DNA of 63,754 bases, counting the filler, from Octopus bimaculoides (Eukaryota), in NCBI RefSeq assembly GCF_001194135.2. It is 11 parts of 11 records of this genome, joined end to end, with 100 filler letters (N's around TTAATTAATTAA, not from the genome) between each part and the next. Parts side by side here need not be neighbours in the genome. Positions count along the whole stretch, not along the records: positions 61,997 to 63,754 come from NW_026391053.1; 10 more parts are not named here. The stretch is one strand, 5' to 3'. This document shows positions 62,351 to 63,754 of the stretch, piece after piece (the first letter of the stretch is position 1; the number at the start of each line of letters is the position of its first letter). The position numbers and the translations under genes are program-made. The notes beneath the pieces are model-generated. The model did not search any database, had not been told where the DNA came from, and saw only the letters and a list, made by a program, of their open reading frames with translations.

Positions 62351-62904
62351 TTATGGAACGAGTGCAATAGAATTGGTGAGTCAGTTGTTGTTGATTGTTT
62401 TTGTTCAAAGTTGTTGTTTGTTTCGGTCTTTTCTTCTTCTTCTTCTTCTTCTTCTTCTTCTTCCACCTCCACCTCCTCCTCCTTCTTCTTACTCCTCCTC
62501 TTTTTTTCTCCTTTTCCTCCTCTTCCTCCTCCCACCTTCTGCTTCTTCTTTTCCTTATTCTTCTTCGTGAATGAAGGATAGCTAGAACCATAATATGAAT
62601 GGGTTTCCACTCATTCCTTGCCTCACCTACTTATTTTCTACAACCCCACCCACCCANNNNNNNNNNNNNNNNNNNNNNNNNNNNNNNNNNNNNNNNNNNN
62701 NNNNNNNNNNNNNNNNNNNNNNNNNNNNNNNNNNNGATATCTTTTGATATATGTTCATAGAGATGATATTTATTGATATCCTCTACTATTTATATCTTCA
62801 TTTTATATTGTTATACGGTGTGAAGCGGGTGTGAAAGACAAGTCTAATAAAGAACGCTCACATAATAATCAGTTAACTAAACACGCAATATTAACTATCA
62901 AATA

Positions 62905-63118
62905 AGGCGGTGAGCAGGCAGAATCGTTAGCACGCCGGGCGAAATGCTTAGCGGTATTTCGTCTGTCTTTACGTTCTGAGTTCAAATTCCGCCGCGGTCG
63001 ACTTTGCCTTTCATCCTTTCAGGGTTGATAAATTAAGTACCAGTTGCATACTGGGGTCGATCTAAACGACTGGTCCCCTCCCCCAAAAATTTCGGGCCTT
63101 GTGCCTAGAGTAGAAGAG
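62905..63118 (+). mobile_element. Full-length SINE family A with an 18-bp TSD
   Basis: TSD AATATTAACTAT(C/T)AAATA at 62887-62904 and 63119-63136; A-box-like and B-box (GAGTTCAAATTCC) motifs. Confidence 0.93.
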
Positions 63119-63754
63119 AATATTAACTATTAAATATAATTCTGTTTTATCGTTTGTTTATTTTTTATCTGGAAATAAATCATTTCTTAATCCCTTTATA
63201 ATCCATCTCAAGCCACCAGTTGGTGGCCTGTTAATGAAACAGAAGTATTTGTACTTCGTTAAACTTATAAAGGACTGAACAAAGGACCAATTTCCCTACT
63301 GCAATGGTCAGCTGAAAGCCACTTTGAACATTTAACATTTACAATCAGTCTACATATTATTTATTTCTATAGTTTAGTCAGTAGAGAAGCTGTCTGAATG
63401 GATTGAACCCGTGACAGTTAGATTTAAATTATTCCCTTTTCTCGTCAATGAAATCATTGCATGATATAAAATTTATAATTCTTTTCCAAATAAAAACGTG
63501 TCATCTCTTTCAATTAACATTAAACGACGAAACCCAACGTAGGGTGGTGCCAGTAGACAAACGGATCAAACATTTCAATTCGTCCCTTAGTTCCGAGATC
63601 TAGTCCGGCCGGTCAACAATGCCTTTAATCCTTACTCTGGGGTCGATAAGGTAGATTGCCCATCATATTCTGGATAGATTCGGTCGTCAACTATACACCT
63701 TTTCCGAACAATATTTGGACTTGTATCAAGTCACAACACACACACACACACACA

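Overview
AT-rich, microsatellite-saturated animal DNA, most likely octopus/coleoid cephalopod (inferred from the SINE and repeat content, not proven). The window is not one locus. Ten 100-bp artificial linkers (N44-TTAATTAATTAA-N44) join 11 separate pieces, and there are further N gaps. The only clear host gene is dystrobrevin, seen as two C-terminal coding exons (22944-23148, 24828-25101, +). The rest is mostly mobile DNA: several tRNA-derived SINE families, Penelope-like elements with minimal hammerhead ribozymes (four hammerhead motifs in three sequence families), a complete but decayed hAT/Buster transposon, a Tc1 element, RTE and R4/Dong-type LINE fragments, Helentron-type non-autonomous elements, MITEs, a solo LTR, and a ~6-kb CpG-rich 57-bp satellite. 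The most unusual structure is at 36.0-40.6 kb. Two diverged ~1.8-kb retroelements that encode only an ORF1-like zinc-knuckle protein sit head-to-tail. The same TTCG(A/T)AATTTG motif marks all three junctions, apparently inside the 5' leader of a Tc1 transposon. This suggests a non-autonomous, transposon-targeting retroelement family. Most long ORFs in the supplied track are artefacts of N runs or simple repeats.
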